IMG/VR virus record: IMGVR_UViG_3300031949_000004
Location: 1 to 30,223 of that record
Direction: 5' to 3' (one strand)
Source of the DNA: a virus
Length of the DNA stretch: 30,223 bases
This document shows, piece by piece, positions 1-8,380 of the stretch. The notes under the pieces are model-generated. The model did no database searches and was not told the DNA's origin. It was given only the letters and a program-made list of their open reading frames with translations. Both the position numbers and the translations under genes were made by a program. Each line of letters begins with the position of its first letter. Position 1 is the stretch's first letter.

Positions 1-49
1 CGCGGTATTGGGGGGCTCTCGGTGCGGTGGTGTGGGCTCGGGGTGCCGG

Positions 50-65
50 TTATCGACACTGATAA
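50..65. promoter_or_regulatory. Inverted repeat TTATC-N6-GATAA upstream of the first operon; candidate operator
   Basis: Reads ttatcgacactgataa about 100 bp upstream of the ATG at 162. The arms are perfect 5-bp inverts. Confidence 0.25.
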
Positions 66-161
66 CACGTTCAGGTATTTTCCGCGTTTTTTCTGGCCAG
101 CTTATTCGGATTTGTGTAGACTGTAGCTGTTGCCCGAGAACCGTGAGAACTGGAGAACAGG

Positions 162-2780
162 ATGCCAAACGGACACTACGAAGACGCCCCCGCTACGAAG
201 TTGGTTGCGACTCATTGCTGTTGTTGTGGTCGGGCGCTGCTCGACGCTCAATCGGTGGAGATCGGGATCGGTCCGGTCTGCCGTGAGAAGTTTGGTTTCG
301 TTGGCGCGATGGTCTCGCCGGAAGCGCGCGAAGAGGCGAACAAGTTGGTGTACCAGATCGCCTGCGCGCCCACGATGAGTGCCGCCTTGATCTTGCGCCT
401 GCGCGAGCTGGGTTTCGTGAAGCTCGCGGATCGCATCGCCGAGTGCGCGAAGACGGCCTGCGAGGCTGAGCTGGTGAACGGCGAGATCAGGCTTTTCACC
501 ACGAAGGACGCGAAGACGATCTTGACGATCAAGACCACGGCAGACTGGGTGAAGGGACAGAGGCGTTGGGATCCAATCAACCGTTGCTGGGCGCTCGACG
601 AACGAGCTGCCCGCGCCGTGGTACCCGCGCTGGAGCAGATCGGGATCTACATCAAGCGATCTGCCGAGGTCGAGGCTCTGCTTGACAGGCCCGAGGTTTC
701 GCAAGCTGGGCAGTTCGAGCAGGGGGGTGGTTTTGGTGAAGGTGGTGGCCGGGGCGCGATGGGCGTGGTGGTGCCGCTGTCGAAGCCGCAAGTCAACTAC
801 CGCTGGGTGGTGAACGGTGACAAGGTCTCGATCACGACGCCGTACAATGCGTCGGCCGTGGAGTCGCTCAAGGCGGCGTCGACGGGTTGCTATCGTAGGT
901 TCGACGGCGTCACCAAGTCGTGGATCGTGGATCTCTCGGCGGCGGCCAAGGTGGCAGAGGTCCTGCGTCCGTTCTTCCCTGGTTTGTCGGACGAGATGCT
1001 GGCGGACGAACGTATCAAGTCGGCAGCTCCCGCGCGGTTGGATCGCTGGTCGGTGATCGGGGATCGCGTGTCGATCTCAACGCCCTATAATCCGGAGGTG
1101 GTGACGGTCATCAAGAGCGCGGCGTTGGGTGCCTGTCGTTTCGATGGTGATAGCAAGGCGTGGCTCGTGGAGCTGAACGTGGCCGCTAACGTTGCGAAGG
1201 CCCTGTTTCGGTTCTTCCCCGCGTTGTCGAACGAGATGTTGGCGGATGTTCGTATCGCTGGTGAGGCCGAGGCTCGCGAGGAGCGGGTGCAGCTTTCGAC
1301 GGCCGCCGAGATCCAGGATGGCGGGCCGGGCGCCGAGATCGCTGCGCGGCTTAAGGCGCTGCTGCCCGAGGGTTGCGTACCGTATCCCTATCAGATTGTC
1401 GGGGCAACGTTCTTTGAGGCCGCCAAGGGTCGGGCGCTCAACGCCGATGTCATGGGTCTGGGCAAGACGATCCAGGCGCTTCTCTGGCTGGCCCTGCATC
1501 CGGAGCTTGAGCGCGTGCTCATCGTGGTGCCGGCGTCGCTTACCATCAACTGGTTGCGTGAGATCTGCAAGTGGTTGCCTCAGTTCACAGCGTCGATCAC
1601 CAGGAATGGTAAGGACAAGATCCAGGCGACCAAGATCGTGGTCACGTCCTATGAGTGCGCCACGCGCCGGAAGGCTGAGTGGATCTCCTGGGCTCCAGAG
1701 GCCGTGATCCTTGACGAGTGCCACTACCTCAAGAATACGAAGTCGCAGCGTACCAAGGCGATTGTGGGTGTCGAAGCTAGCAAGGACAAGAAGACGGGTG
1801 AGATGACGCCGGCCGTGGACGGGATTGCAACGCATGCTGCGCACGTCATCGCTCTGTCCGGGACGCCGATGCTCAATCGCCCGATCGAGCTTTACACGAC
1901 CTTGCACATGATCACACCGACGACGTTCGCGAGTTTTTTCGGTTTCGCGAAGCGGTACGCGGGGGCCGAACAGACGAAGTTTGGTTGGGACTTCAAGGGT
2001 GCCTCGAATGTCGAGGAGCTGCGAGCCAGGCTCTCCAACATCATGATCCGCCGCGAGAAGTCGCAGGTGCTCGCCGAGCTGCCCCCGAAGCGCCGAGCCC
2101 AGATCGCCGTGCAGCTCAGCAACGAGGCCGATTACGCGGCGTACGAGGAGGATGCAAAAGATCGGTTCACGAACAAGGAGCGCACGGGCGAGCGGTACAA
2201 GGGCGACGTGCTCGTGGCGCTCGGCAAGATGCGCATGCTCGCGGGGCTCGGCAAGGTCGAGGCGGCGGTCGAGTGGCTCTCGAACGCGGACATGCCCGTG
2301 GTGGTGTTCTGCCATCATCAAGAGGTCGTGGATGCCATTGCCGAGGCACTGACCAAGGCGGAGATCACCTGGGTGGCGGTCACGGGCAAGGTGGGCGTGG
2401 AAGCTCGTCAGGCTGCCGTGGATGCGTTTCAGGCAGATCAGGCGCGCGTGTTTTTGGGCACCTACGGTGCGGCAGGCGTCGGGTTGACCCTGACGGCGGC
2501 GAGCGATACCCTGCATGTGGAGCGGGCGTGGACGCCAGCGGCGGAGGAGCAGGCGGAAGATCGCTGCCACCGTATTAGTCAGAAGGAATCGGTCACCTCC
2601 TGGTACATGGTGTCGGACGTATCGATCGATGCGAAGTTCCAGGCGCTCGTTGAGGCTAAGCGGGCGACGATTAGCTCCGTGATGGACGCGGCCGGGTTGC
2701 TGGGTATCGAGGGTGGTGACAACGAGTCGTTGACCGGTGATCTGGCTTGCGAGATCTTCGGGAAGGGTGTGTGGGGCTGA
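162..2780 (+). CDS. SNF2-family ATPase/helicase with an N-terminal zinc ribbon and two tandem HARP-like repeats (SMARCAL1-like annealing-helicase architecture)
   Basis: 872 aa. N-terminus has CCCCGRALLDAQSVEIGIGPVCREKF (CxxC...GPxC ribbon). Two roughly 75-aa repeats: VSITTPYNASAVESLKAASTGCYRRFDGVTKSWIVDLSAAAKVAEVLRPFFPGLSDEMLADERI and VSISTPYNPEVVTVIKSAALGACRFDGDSKAWLVELNVAANVAKALFRFFPALSNEMLADVRI. SNF2 motifs: LNADVMGLGKTIQAL (motif I), ILDECHYLKN (DExH), plus C-terminal helicase motifs (LGTYGAAGVGLTLTAASD, ERAWTPAAEEQAEDRCHRISQ). RBS ggagaa precedes the ATG. Confidence 0.85.
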   Translation: MPNGHYEDAPATKLVATHCCCCGRALLDAQSVEIGIGPVCREKFGFVGAMVSPEAREEANKLVYQIACAPTMSAALILRLRELGFVKLADRIAECAKTACEAELVNGEIRLFTTKDAKTILTIKTTADWVKGQRRWDPINRCWALDERAARAVVPALEQIGIYIKRSAEVEALLDRPEVSQAGQFEQGGGFGEGGGRGAMGVVVPLSKPQVNYRWVVNGDKVSITTPYNASAVESLKAASTGCYRRFDGVTKSWIVDLSAAAKVAEVLRPFFPGLSDEMLADERIKSAAPARLDRWSVIGDRVSISTPYNPEVVTVIKSAALGACRFDGDSKAWLVELNVAANVAKALFRFFPALSNEMLADVRIAGEAEAREERVQLSTAAEIQDGGPGAEIAARLKALLPEGCVPYPYQIVGATFFEAAKGRALNADVMGLGKTIQALLWLALHPELERVLIVVPASLTINWLREICKWLPQFTASITRNGKDKIQATKIVVTSYECATRRKAEWISWAPEAVILDECHYLKNTKSQRTKAIVGVEASKDKKTGEMTPAVDGIATHAAHVIALSGTPMLNRPIELYTTLHMITPTTFASFFGFAKRYAGAEQTKFGWDFKGASNVEELRARLSNIMIRREKSQVLAELPPKRRAQIAVQLSNEADYAAYEEDAKDRFTNKERTGERYKGDVLVALGKMRMLAGLGKVEAAVEWLSNADMPVVVFCHHQEVVDAIAEALTKAEITWVAVTGKVGVEARQAAVDAFQADQARVFLGTYGAAGVGLTLTAASDTLHVERAWTPAAEEQAEDRCHRISQKESVTSWYMVSDVSIDAKFQALVEAKRATISSVMDAAGLLGIEGGDNESLTGDLACEIFGKGVWG
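786..1257 (+). repeat. Intragenic tandem duplication (period about 244 nt) encoding the two HARP-like modules
   Basis: The repeats at about 800 and 1044 nt are similar at the DNA level (cgctgggtggtgaacggtgacaaggtctcgatcacgacgccgtacaat vs cgctggtcggtgatcggggatcgcgtgtcgatctcaacgccctataat) and at the protein level. Confidence 0.8.
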
Positions 2781-2899
2781 TGGGTGTTCGGCGTGTGTTC
2801 GGGTCCAAGGAGAACGTTCTCTTGTATCGCTATGGCGTTGTCGGATCTGAGGATGTTGGTGGTCGGAGGAGGAGTCGTCGGGGTGCAAAGGAGGCCGTT

Positions 2900-3307
2900 A
2901 TGCGTGAAGCACGGTTCGATGTCGTTGGTCCGCTCGATCGCTGCGGTCGGTGGATCAAGGGCAAGGTCATCATCAACCGCGAGCAGGGGCTCGTGACCGT
3001 ACGTCCGCATCGCAAGCGCAAGATCTACACCTTGCCGCTTCTGACGGTGGCCGCCTGGGTGTGCCGGCCGGTGAACGTGCTTTGCGAGGATGGTACATTG
3101 CGAGGATCGCGGTTCTTCGTGGAGGGGAAGCTACTTCGTGGTGAGGCGGCGCTGGGTGGAACGGTGATCGTGAGCCGTACCCAGGGTCTCTTCATGGTGC
3201 GGCCGTTTCGCAAGCGCCGGGTGTATGCTCGGAGCATGACAGATACGGCGACCTGGATCTGTCGGGCCGTGACCATTGCCGAGTTGAAGGCGCGCAGGTC
3301 GCGCTAG
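2900..3307 (+). CDS. Hypothetical protein with an internal duplication
   Basis: ATG at 2900 is preceded by caaaggaggccgtt (strong RBS). The longer ORF from 2747 is less likely. Repeats: GLVTVRPHRKRKIYTLP and GLFMVRPFRKRRVYARS. Confidence 0.5.
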   Translation: MREARFDVVGPLDRCGRWIKGKVIINREQGLVTVRPHRKRKIYTLPLLTVAAWVCRPVNVLCEDGTLRGSRFFVEGKLLRGEAALGGTVIVSRTQGLFMVRPFRKRRVYARSMTDTATWICRAVTIAELKARRSR

Positions 3308-3316
3308 GGGTGTGAC

Positions 3317-3814
3317 ATGTGGAATGCCGCTGACGAGAAGGTTGCTCTGAAAGCGAACGCCAGGGCCGAGAAGATCGCGAGGCAGATCGTCCGGATGGCC
3401 GCCAAACAGGGCGCCAAGGATGTGTACCTGTCGGCCAGGGCACATGTGGGTTCGGGCTACTACAGCAAGCCCACCGGAGCGGTGGTCTTGACGTTCACGA
3501 CCATCGGGCGGCAGAGGACGGTGAACGATCTCAAGAAGCCGTTCGACCTGCCCGAGATCGTCCGGTTGCTGGTCGAGAAGCGCAAGCATGACGATGCTTG
3601 CGAGGCGGCTCGCGAGCGCAAGGAAAAGCTGTCCGAGGTCTTCGAGCGAGAAGTCTCGAAGTTGCGCAAGCGGTTTCCGAGGCTGCCGCTTGAGATCTGG
3701 GTGTCCTTTGATGCGGAGGGAATCATCTTGCACGTGTCGCGCTTGACGGCCCGGCAAGCTGGAGAGGTGCTCAAGGTGTTGGTAGATCGTTTCCCTGTTG
3801 AGGTCGAGAAATGA
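3317..3814 (+). CDS. Hypothetical protein
   Basis: 165-aa ORF with RBS aggggg. Its stop overlaps the next start (ATGA at 3811-3814). Confidence 0.45.
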   Translation: MWNAADEKVALKANARAEKIARQIVRMAAKQGAKDVYLSARAHVGSGYYSKPTGAVVLTFTTIGRQRTVNDLKKPFDLPEIVRLLVEKRKHDDACEAARERKEKLSEVFEREVSKLRKRFPRLPLEIWVSFDAEGIILHVSRLTARQAGEVLKVLVDRFPVEVEK

Positions 3815-4452
3815 CCACGGACGAGGCTTTGGCGATTTTCAAGCTCAAGGCGCCGACCACCTGGAACGTCGTCAAGACCAGGTATCGGCAGCTTGCAACG
3901 GTTGAGCATCCGGACCGGAGCAAGCACCCGGAGGCCGTGGCCCGTTTCAAACGGCTCGCGGAGGCCATGGAGCTGCTGCGGCGGGATCCAGCGGTCTTCG
4001 AGGACTATGGGGGTGTCGTCAAGACCGAGGATGGTGTTCTGCTGGCCGATCTCGGGAAGGGGCTTGGGCCGACCACGAACGGGGCTACCTGTGGTGAATG
4101 TTCTGGCAAGGGTTATCGTTCGGTTGAAGGTCGCGGGTTCGTGGATTGTTCGGATTGCCGGCGAGGTATCTTTGGTGTTGTTAAGGAGCTGAAGTGTTGG
4201 AAGTGTGATGGCACCGGGGTCTTCATGCGCGGGGGCAAGGTTGTGGGGAAGTGTTTTTCTTGTGACGGTTCGGGCTGGCGTGTGCCCAAGGACTATACAA
4301 CGTGGTGTCGGAAGTGTGGAACCAGGGGGCAGTTGCGGGTGCCCGCGAGGAAGATGTTCTTCACCTGTGAAAAGTGCAAGGGCACGGGCGAGCTGCCGAT
4401 GTGGAACCCGGTGCTCGCGAAGGGTCTTTTGTCCGGGTTGGGAGGTTTGTGA
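3811..4452 (+). CDS. J-domain protein with an extended CxxCxGxG zinc-finger region (DnaJ-like co-chaperone lacking the G/F and C-terminal domains)
   Basis: N-terminal J domain has the HPD tripeptide (ATVEHPDRSKHPEAVARFKRLAEAMELL). Six CxxC motifs follow: CGECSGKG, CSDCRRGIFG, CWKCDGTG, CFSCDGSG, CRKCGTRG, CEKCKGTG. Confidence 0.8.
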   Translation: MTTDEALAIFKLKAPTTWNVVKTRYRQLATVEHPDRSKHPEAVARFKRLAEAMELLRRDPAVFEDYGGVVKTEDGVLLADLGKGLGPTTNGATCGECSGKGYRSVEGRGFVDCSDCRRGIFGVVKELKCWKCDGTGVFMRGGKVVGKCFSCDGSGWRVPKDYTTWCRKCGTRGQLRVPARKMFFTCEKCKGTGELPMWNPVLAKGLLSGLGGL

Positions 4453-4481
4453 TAGACTTGGCCCAGATGAGGTGGTGACGC

Positions 4482-5375
4482 ATGGCACGCACGAAGAAGA
4501 CGAGCAAGAAGGGTCGCAAGACCGTGGTGCGAAGATCGCGGGTTGCCCGGAAGCCGAAAGTCCTGGAGCCCGTGGACTTCGAGGATGCGAAGGCCGTGCT
4601 CGCGGAGTTCTGCCGGGTCGAGAAGGAAGATCCAGAGGACTGGAAGATCGAGGAAGCCGAGGGGCTCGGCAGCTTCGGGGTTGCGACCGTGTACCGGGTC
4701 AAGTGCGGCCAGCGTGAGTACACGATCGTGGAGAGCGAGGATGTCCTGCGCGAGCTGGCGCTGGCCGTGGTCAAGCAGGACTTGGACCAGGAGCCGGAGA
4801 TCTTCAACCAGAGCTTCTTGGAGGGACACATCGACAAGGAGAAGCTGCGGAACGCTCTCCATGGCGATGTCTACGACATGGTCTATGACGATTTGAAGGA
4901 GGCGGCGGAGAAGGATCCCTTGGAGTTTTGGGATGTTCACGGAGGTGACGTGCCGGTGCCGGAGCGTGCGGTGGTTGAGAAGTACGTAGCCAGTACCTTC
5001 AATACCACCGAGGCCGAGGAAAGCACGCCCGAGGGGCAGGCGGAGCTGGCGGACGAGGTTGATCGAATCTGCGATCTTGATGTGTCAGATCAGTGGGCAG
5101 AGATCAGCGATGAGCCAGAGGTGCCATCGGGGATGATTGATACGGCTGCAGATCTGGAGACCAGTGAGCGTTTGAGCGATCCTGTGGAGTACATGAAGGG
5201 AATCTACGGGGACGCGGAAGGTATCAAGCAGGCGTTGAACGTCGCTGGTATCGACATCGACAAGGCTGCCGAGGAAGCCGTCGACACGGATGGTCCCGAG
5301 CACTTCATCTGTCGCTACGATGGGAATTCGCATACCACGTCGCCGTCGTCCTTTGCCTACTGGCGCGAGAACTGA
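4482..5375 (+). CDS. Hypothetical protein with a basic N-terminus and a highly acidic body
   Basis: 297 aa. RBS gaggtgg lies 6 nt upstream. Starts MARTKKTSKKGRKTVVRRSRVARKPK, then is Glu/Asp-rich. Confidence 0.5.
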   Translation: MARTKKTSKKGRKTVVRRSRVARKPKVLEPVDFEDAKAVLAEFCRVEKEDPEDWKIEEAEGLGSFGVATVYRVKCGQREYTIVESEDVLRELALAVVKQDLDQEPEIFNQSFLEGHIDKEKLRNALHGDVYDMVYDDLKEAAEKDPLEFWDVHGGDVPVPERAVVEKYVASTFNTTEAEESTPEGQAELADEVDRICDLDVSDQWAEISDEPEVPSGMIDTAADLETSERLSDPVEYMKGIYGDAEGIKQALNVAGIDIDKAAEEAVDTDGPEHFICRYDGNSHTTSPSSFAYWREN

Positions 5376-5379
5376 AAGG

Positions 5380-6288
5380 GTGGGCAACATTCCCAGGAAG
5401 AAGCTTTCGGTTGGGTTTGCTGACTTCTGGCAGGGGCACATTCCGGAGAAGAATTATTTCTACAGCCTGCTCCGGAATCACTTCGACCTGGAGATCTCAC
5501 CCAGGCCGGACTACTTGTTCTATTCGGTGTTCGGTCGCACACATCTGTCGAAGGCGTTTGACGGTTGTGTGAAGATCTTCTACACCGGAGAGAACTCGCG
5601 ACCCAACATGAGCGAGTGCGACTTTGCCCTGTCGTTCGATTACCTGGATCATCCTCGGCACTTGCGGTTCCCGCTTTATGCGTGTCATCTATGGAACAGA
5701 GATCTGACGAAGTCGTTGCCCTTGTTGCCCGAGCTGGCGAAGCGAAAGTTCTGCAACTTCATCTACAGCAATGGGACACCGCAGGAGCGCATAGCGTTCT
5801 TCAAGCTGCTATCGACATACAAGCGTGTTGATTCTGGTGGCAGCGTTATGAATAACATGGGTTGTTGTGTAGGTGACAAGCTTGCGTTCCTGAAGGACTA
5901 CAAATTCACGATCGCTTTCGAGAATTCGTCACATCCTGGTTACACGACTGAGAAGTTGGTGCAACCTATGATCTCCTGTAGTCTTCCGATCTACTGGGGT
6001 AACCCCCTGGTTGGGCGCGACTTCAATCGGCAGAGTTTCCTGGCTGTTGATTCAACTTCCGACTTTGATGATGTTCTCGTTGCGATCATGGCTTTGAATC
6101 GTGACGATTCCGCGTATCTGGAGATGCTTTCCAGGCCGTGGTTTGTAGGGGACGTGTGCAACGAATACTGCCGGCCTGATTACCTTGTGCCGTTCTTCGA
6201 GCGAGTCTTCGCGACCGCGCCGGGGAGCTTGAAACGCGAGCCGGGGATCTTGAAACGAGCGTCGAAGTCTTGGCAGGATTTTCGGTAG
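5380..6288 (+). CDS. Glycosyltransferase family 10-like (alpha-1,3-fucosyltransferase-like)
   Basis: FTIAFENSSHPGYTTEKLVQPMISCSLPIYWGNP matches the GT10 FucT hallmark FENS...Y.TEK plus IPIYWG. I place the start at GTG 5380 (RBS gaaaggg), just after the upstream stop. The frame is open from 5290, so the start is uncertain. Confidence 0.6.
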   Translation: MGNIPRKKLSVGFADFWQGHIPEKNYFYSLLRNHFDLEISPRPDYLFYSVFGRTHLSKAFDGCVKIFYTGENSRPNMSECDFALSFDYLDHPRHLRFPLYACHLWNRDLTKSLPLLPELAKRKFCNFIYSNGTPQERIAFFKLLSTYKRVDSGGSVMNNMGCCVGDKLAFLKDYKFTIAFENSSHPGYTTEKLVQPMISCSLPIYWGNPLVGRDFNRQSFLAVDSTSDFDDVLVAIMALNRDDSAYLEMLSRPWFVGDVCNEYCRPDYLVPFFERVFATAPGSLKREPGILKRASKSWQDFR

Positions 6289-6295
6289 TCGAAGA

Positions 6296-6721
6296 TCAGG
6301 GGACTGCGCGGAGGTGGCCGCGTTTGGGTGGTTGCGCGGGTGTCGGCTCACCATCAGGTTCGTCGTAGAGAGCCGTGAGACCAAGCACGGCCGTCCAGGG
6401 AATGAACGTTTTGTGGGGCGTCCGGTTGAACGAGAGCGTGGCCGAGATGCCGGAGGTGTCGATCTTCAGGTCGGAAATCGGTACGACAGGATGAAGTGGG
6501 TAGTGGAGCATGATGACGGTCATGGTTGTTTTGGTGGTGGATCCATCGGCCTGACTCAGTGTTACGATTTTTGGTGGGTGTTCGTCGATGACAGATTGGG
6601 GGAGCAGGACTTCTGGTGCCCTGCCGTTGACGGTGAGCTTGACGCCGCCTTTGGACCATAGATTGTTGAATCGCGAGACCAGCTCCGCGAGGAAGCTTTT
6701 GGGGGTGTGGTCTTCGGTCAC
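6296..6721 (-). CDS. Hypothetical protein
   Basis: 141 aa. GTG start with GGAGG 5 nt upstream. GTGA overlap with the upstream gene's stop. Convergent with the fucosyltransferase gene; the two gene ends are only 8 bp apart. Confidence 0.45.
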   Translation of the reverse strand: MTEDHTPKSFLAELVSRFNNLWSKGGVKLTVNGRAPEVLLPQSVIDEHPPKIVTLSQADGSTTKTTMTVIMLHYPLHPVVPISDLKIDTSGISATLSFNRTPHKTFIPWTAVLGLTALYDEPDGEPTPAQPPKRGHLRAVP

Positions 6722-7050
6722 GGGAGCCTCCAGACCTTGCTCTGGTTGTCGTAGAGCACACGATTCTTGACCGATAGCCAGGCGAGCTTGTGGCGGATCA
6801 CCGAACCGCTGTCGTTACGGCTTTCGCCCCAGGCGACAATGTTATCGATGGTCATGGCGCCGCCCTGTGCGGTGATATGCTCGAACAGGGCGCGAGTTTC
6901 GACTGGCCAGACGGGGTCGTTCATGTCCGGGATGTTGGTGGTGAACAGCTTGATGAAGCGGCGGGAGGGCACGAGGCACGGCAAGGTGTTGCAGGTCATG
7001 AATGTGATCTGCCAGGGCGCGAAGCATTGCCCGGCACCACCAGAGTACAT
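6718..7050 (-). CDS. Hypothetical protein
   Basis: 110-aa ORF in the leftward block with a weak RBS. Confidence 0.35.
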   Translation of the reverse strand: MYSGGAGQCFAPWQITFMTCNTLPCLVPSRRFIKLFTTNIPDMNDPVWPVETRALFEHITAQGGAMTIDNIVAWGESRNDSGSVIRHKLAWLSVKNRVLYDNQSKVWRLP

Positions 7051-7081
7051 CGAGATGCGGCGTCATGTCGCGCGGGGCGAT

Positions 7082-7384
7082 TCAGTATTCGAGGTAGAGC
7101 GCGTCGTCGTCCGGGAATTGCTCTTCCGGACCCTCGTCGGTCATGCCCTGGCCGTGTCCCTTTGAGCGATCTGAGGCCGCGCGGCGGGATTCGGCAAGCT
7201 GGGCGAACGCCGAGCAGAATGACAGGGGCTCTTGGCCGGTACCACCACACCTTTTGCAGAAGACACGCTCGACGTGTCCAGGGACGTCCGGGTCGCATCC
7301 AGAGCATTGCTTCGTGGCCTTCCCGTGCGTGTCCTGGAGGTCGTCGTCGTTGGTGTCCCTTACTTTGATGGCGAGTCTGCCCAT
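7082..7384 (-). CDS. Hypothetical zinc-ribbon protein
   Basis: 100 aa. A perfect AAAGGAGG RBS precedes the ATG. Contains CSGC...CKRCGGTG and an acidic C-terminus. Confidence 0.55.
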   Translation of the reverse strand: MGRLAIKVRDTNDDDLQDTHGKATKQCSGCDPDVPGHVERVFCKRCGGTGQEPLSFCSAFAQLAESRRAASDRSKGHGQGMTDEGPEEQFPDDDALYLEY

Positions 7385-7451
7385 GATGGCCTCCTTTCAT
7401 CTCGGAGGTTCTGATCATGAGATTAGCAGACCTGAGTCCCAGGTACGCAAC

Positions 7452-7817
7452 TTATTTTGTTTCGGTCGTGGAAGGTGGTGTGCCGGGGCTCTTGCCTTGG
7501 GATTGGTCTTGGCTTTCGGTTGGGGTGTCCGGCGATCCGTCTTCCGGTGTGTCACCGTCGGGCAAGTCGATGCCTGCGAAGATGTCGTCGGCTTCATCGT
7601 CATCGGAAGCGAGTGGTCCGCCGAGTTCGAGGTTGTCTTCGAGCGCGGCGCCGACACTGAAGCGCAGGGAGTCAAGACACTCCGCGAAATCTTCGGGGGC
7701 CTGACGCTTGAGACGATCGAGGCGGGAGATCAGTTGTTCGGGGGTCGTGACCTTGTCGAAGAAGCTCAGCACGTCCTGGGCGTCTTGGATCAAGTCGAAG
7801 ATGGTTTGCAGCTTCAT
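7452..7817 (-). CDS. Hypothetical acidic protein
   Basis: 121 aa. RBS GAGGAG. ATGA overlap with the upstream gene's stop. Confidence 0.5.
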   Translation of the reverse strand: MKLQTIFDLIQDAQDVLSFFDKVTTPEQLISRLDRLKRQAPEDFAECLDSLRFSVGAALEDNLELGGPLASDDDEADDIFAGIDLPDGDTPEDGSPDTPTESQDQSQGKSPGTPPSTTETK

Positions 7818-8047
7818 GGTGGTTCTCCTCGGTCACGTTTCGTTGGATCTATGGAAGTCGTTGAAGGGATGAGGGTGGTCTGCCGGGGCTGGAAGATCAT
7901 GGTGCAGTTGGGGCAGAGGTAGTGGTAGGCGATGAGGATTCTGGTCTGACGATGTTCTTCGATGCGGATGACCGTCCAGTCGGTCGCGATCTCGAAGCCT
8001 CCTTGATCGGGAGGCATCGTGCGGTTACAGCACGAGCAGACGAACAT
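7814..8047 (-). CDS. Hypothetical Cys-rich small protein
   Basis: 77 aa containing CSCC...CPNC. Translationally coupled to the downstream gene. Confidence 0.4.
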   Translation of the reverse strand: MFVCSCCNRTMPPDQGGFEIATDWTVIRIEEHRQTRILIAYHYLCPNCTMIFQPRQTTLIPSTTSIDPTKRDRGEPP

Positions 8048-8056
8048 GTTGTGTGG

Positions 8057-8380
8057 TCACCATTCGACGACGGTTTCGCGTTTTTCCATGTCGAGTGCCT
8101 CGACCGGTATGGCTGCCATCTGGCAGAGGGCTGGTGGTCCCTTGGCCAGCAGGAGTGCGCAGTAGCGGCATTGTTTCTTGAGATCGTGATCGTTGTAGGT
8201 GTATGGCGAGATCCAGAGGATCGGGACAAGTCCGATGCCGGGCAGGTCGACGATCTTGACGACCCGTCGTTCGCCGCGCACGGGCATGTCGAGATCGGGC
8301 CGGGCGGCGTCTCCCTGGGGAATGGGGATCTCGACGCCGTCGATCATGATGCCGTTCACGTTGATGAGGGCCATGGTCAC
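8057..8380 (-). CDS. Hypothetical protein
   Basis: 107 aa. GTG at 8380 or ATG at 8374. GTGA overlap with the upstream stop. Confidence 0.4.
   Translation of the reverse strand: MTMALINVNGIMIDGVEIPIPQGDAARPDLDMPVRGERRVVKIVDLPGIGLVPILWISPYTYNDHDLKKQCRYCALLLAKGPPALCQMAAIPVEALDMEKRETVVEW

Noticed and set aside
1-161. Intrinsic terminator at ttttccgcgttttttctgg (about 80-100)
   Set aside because: The stem is only 4 bp, so it is not convincing. More likely it is part of a promoter or operator region for the first operon.
102-2888. Long antisense ORFs (102-791, 1077-2888, 3460-4488, 4293-4940, 9559-10416, 10151-11287, 22367-23302, 25979-26758 and similar)
   Set aside because: These are shadow ORFs typical of high-GC DNA. 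They lie opposite genes with clear catalytic motifs and lack RBSs.
5290-5379. Upstream extension of the fucosyltransferase-like ORF, starting at ATG 5290
   Set aside because: It would overlap the preceding gene by 86 nt in another frame. GTG 5380 with an RBS directly after the upstream stop is more parsimonious, though this is unproven.
7143-7922. 259-aa plus-strand ORF inside the leftward block
   Set aside because: It overlaps two minus-strand genes that have strong RBSs and translational coupling. It has no RBS and no recognisable motifs.
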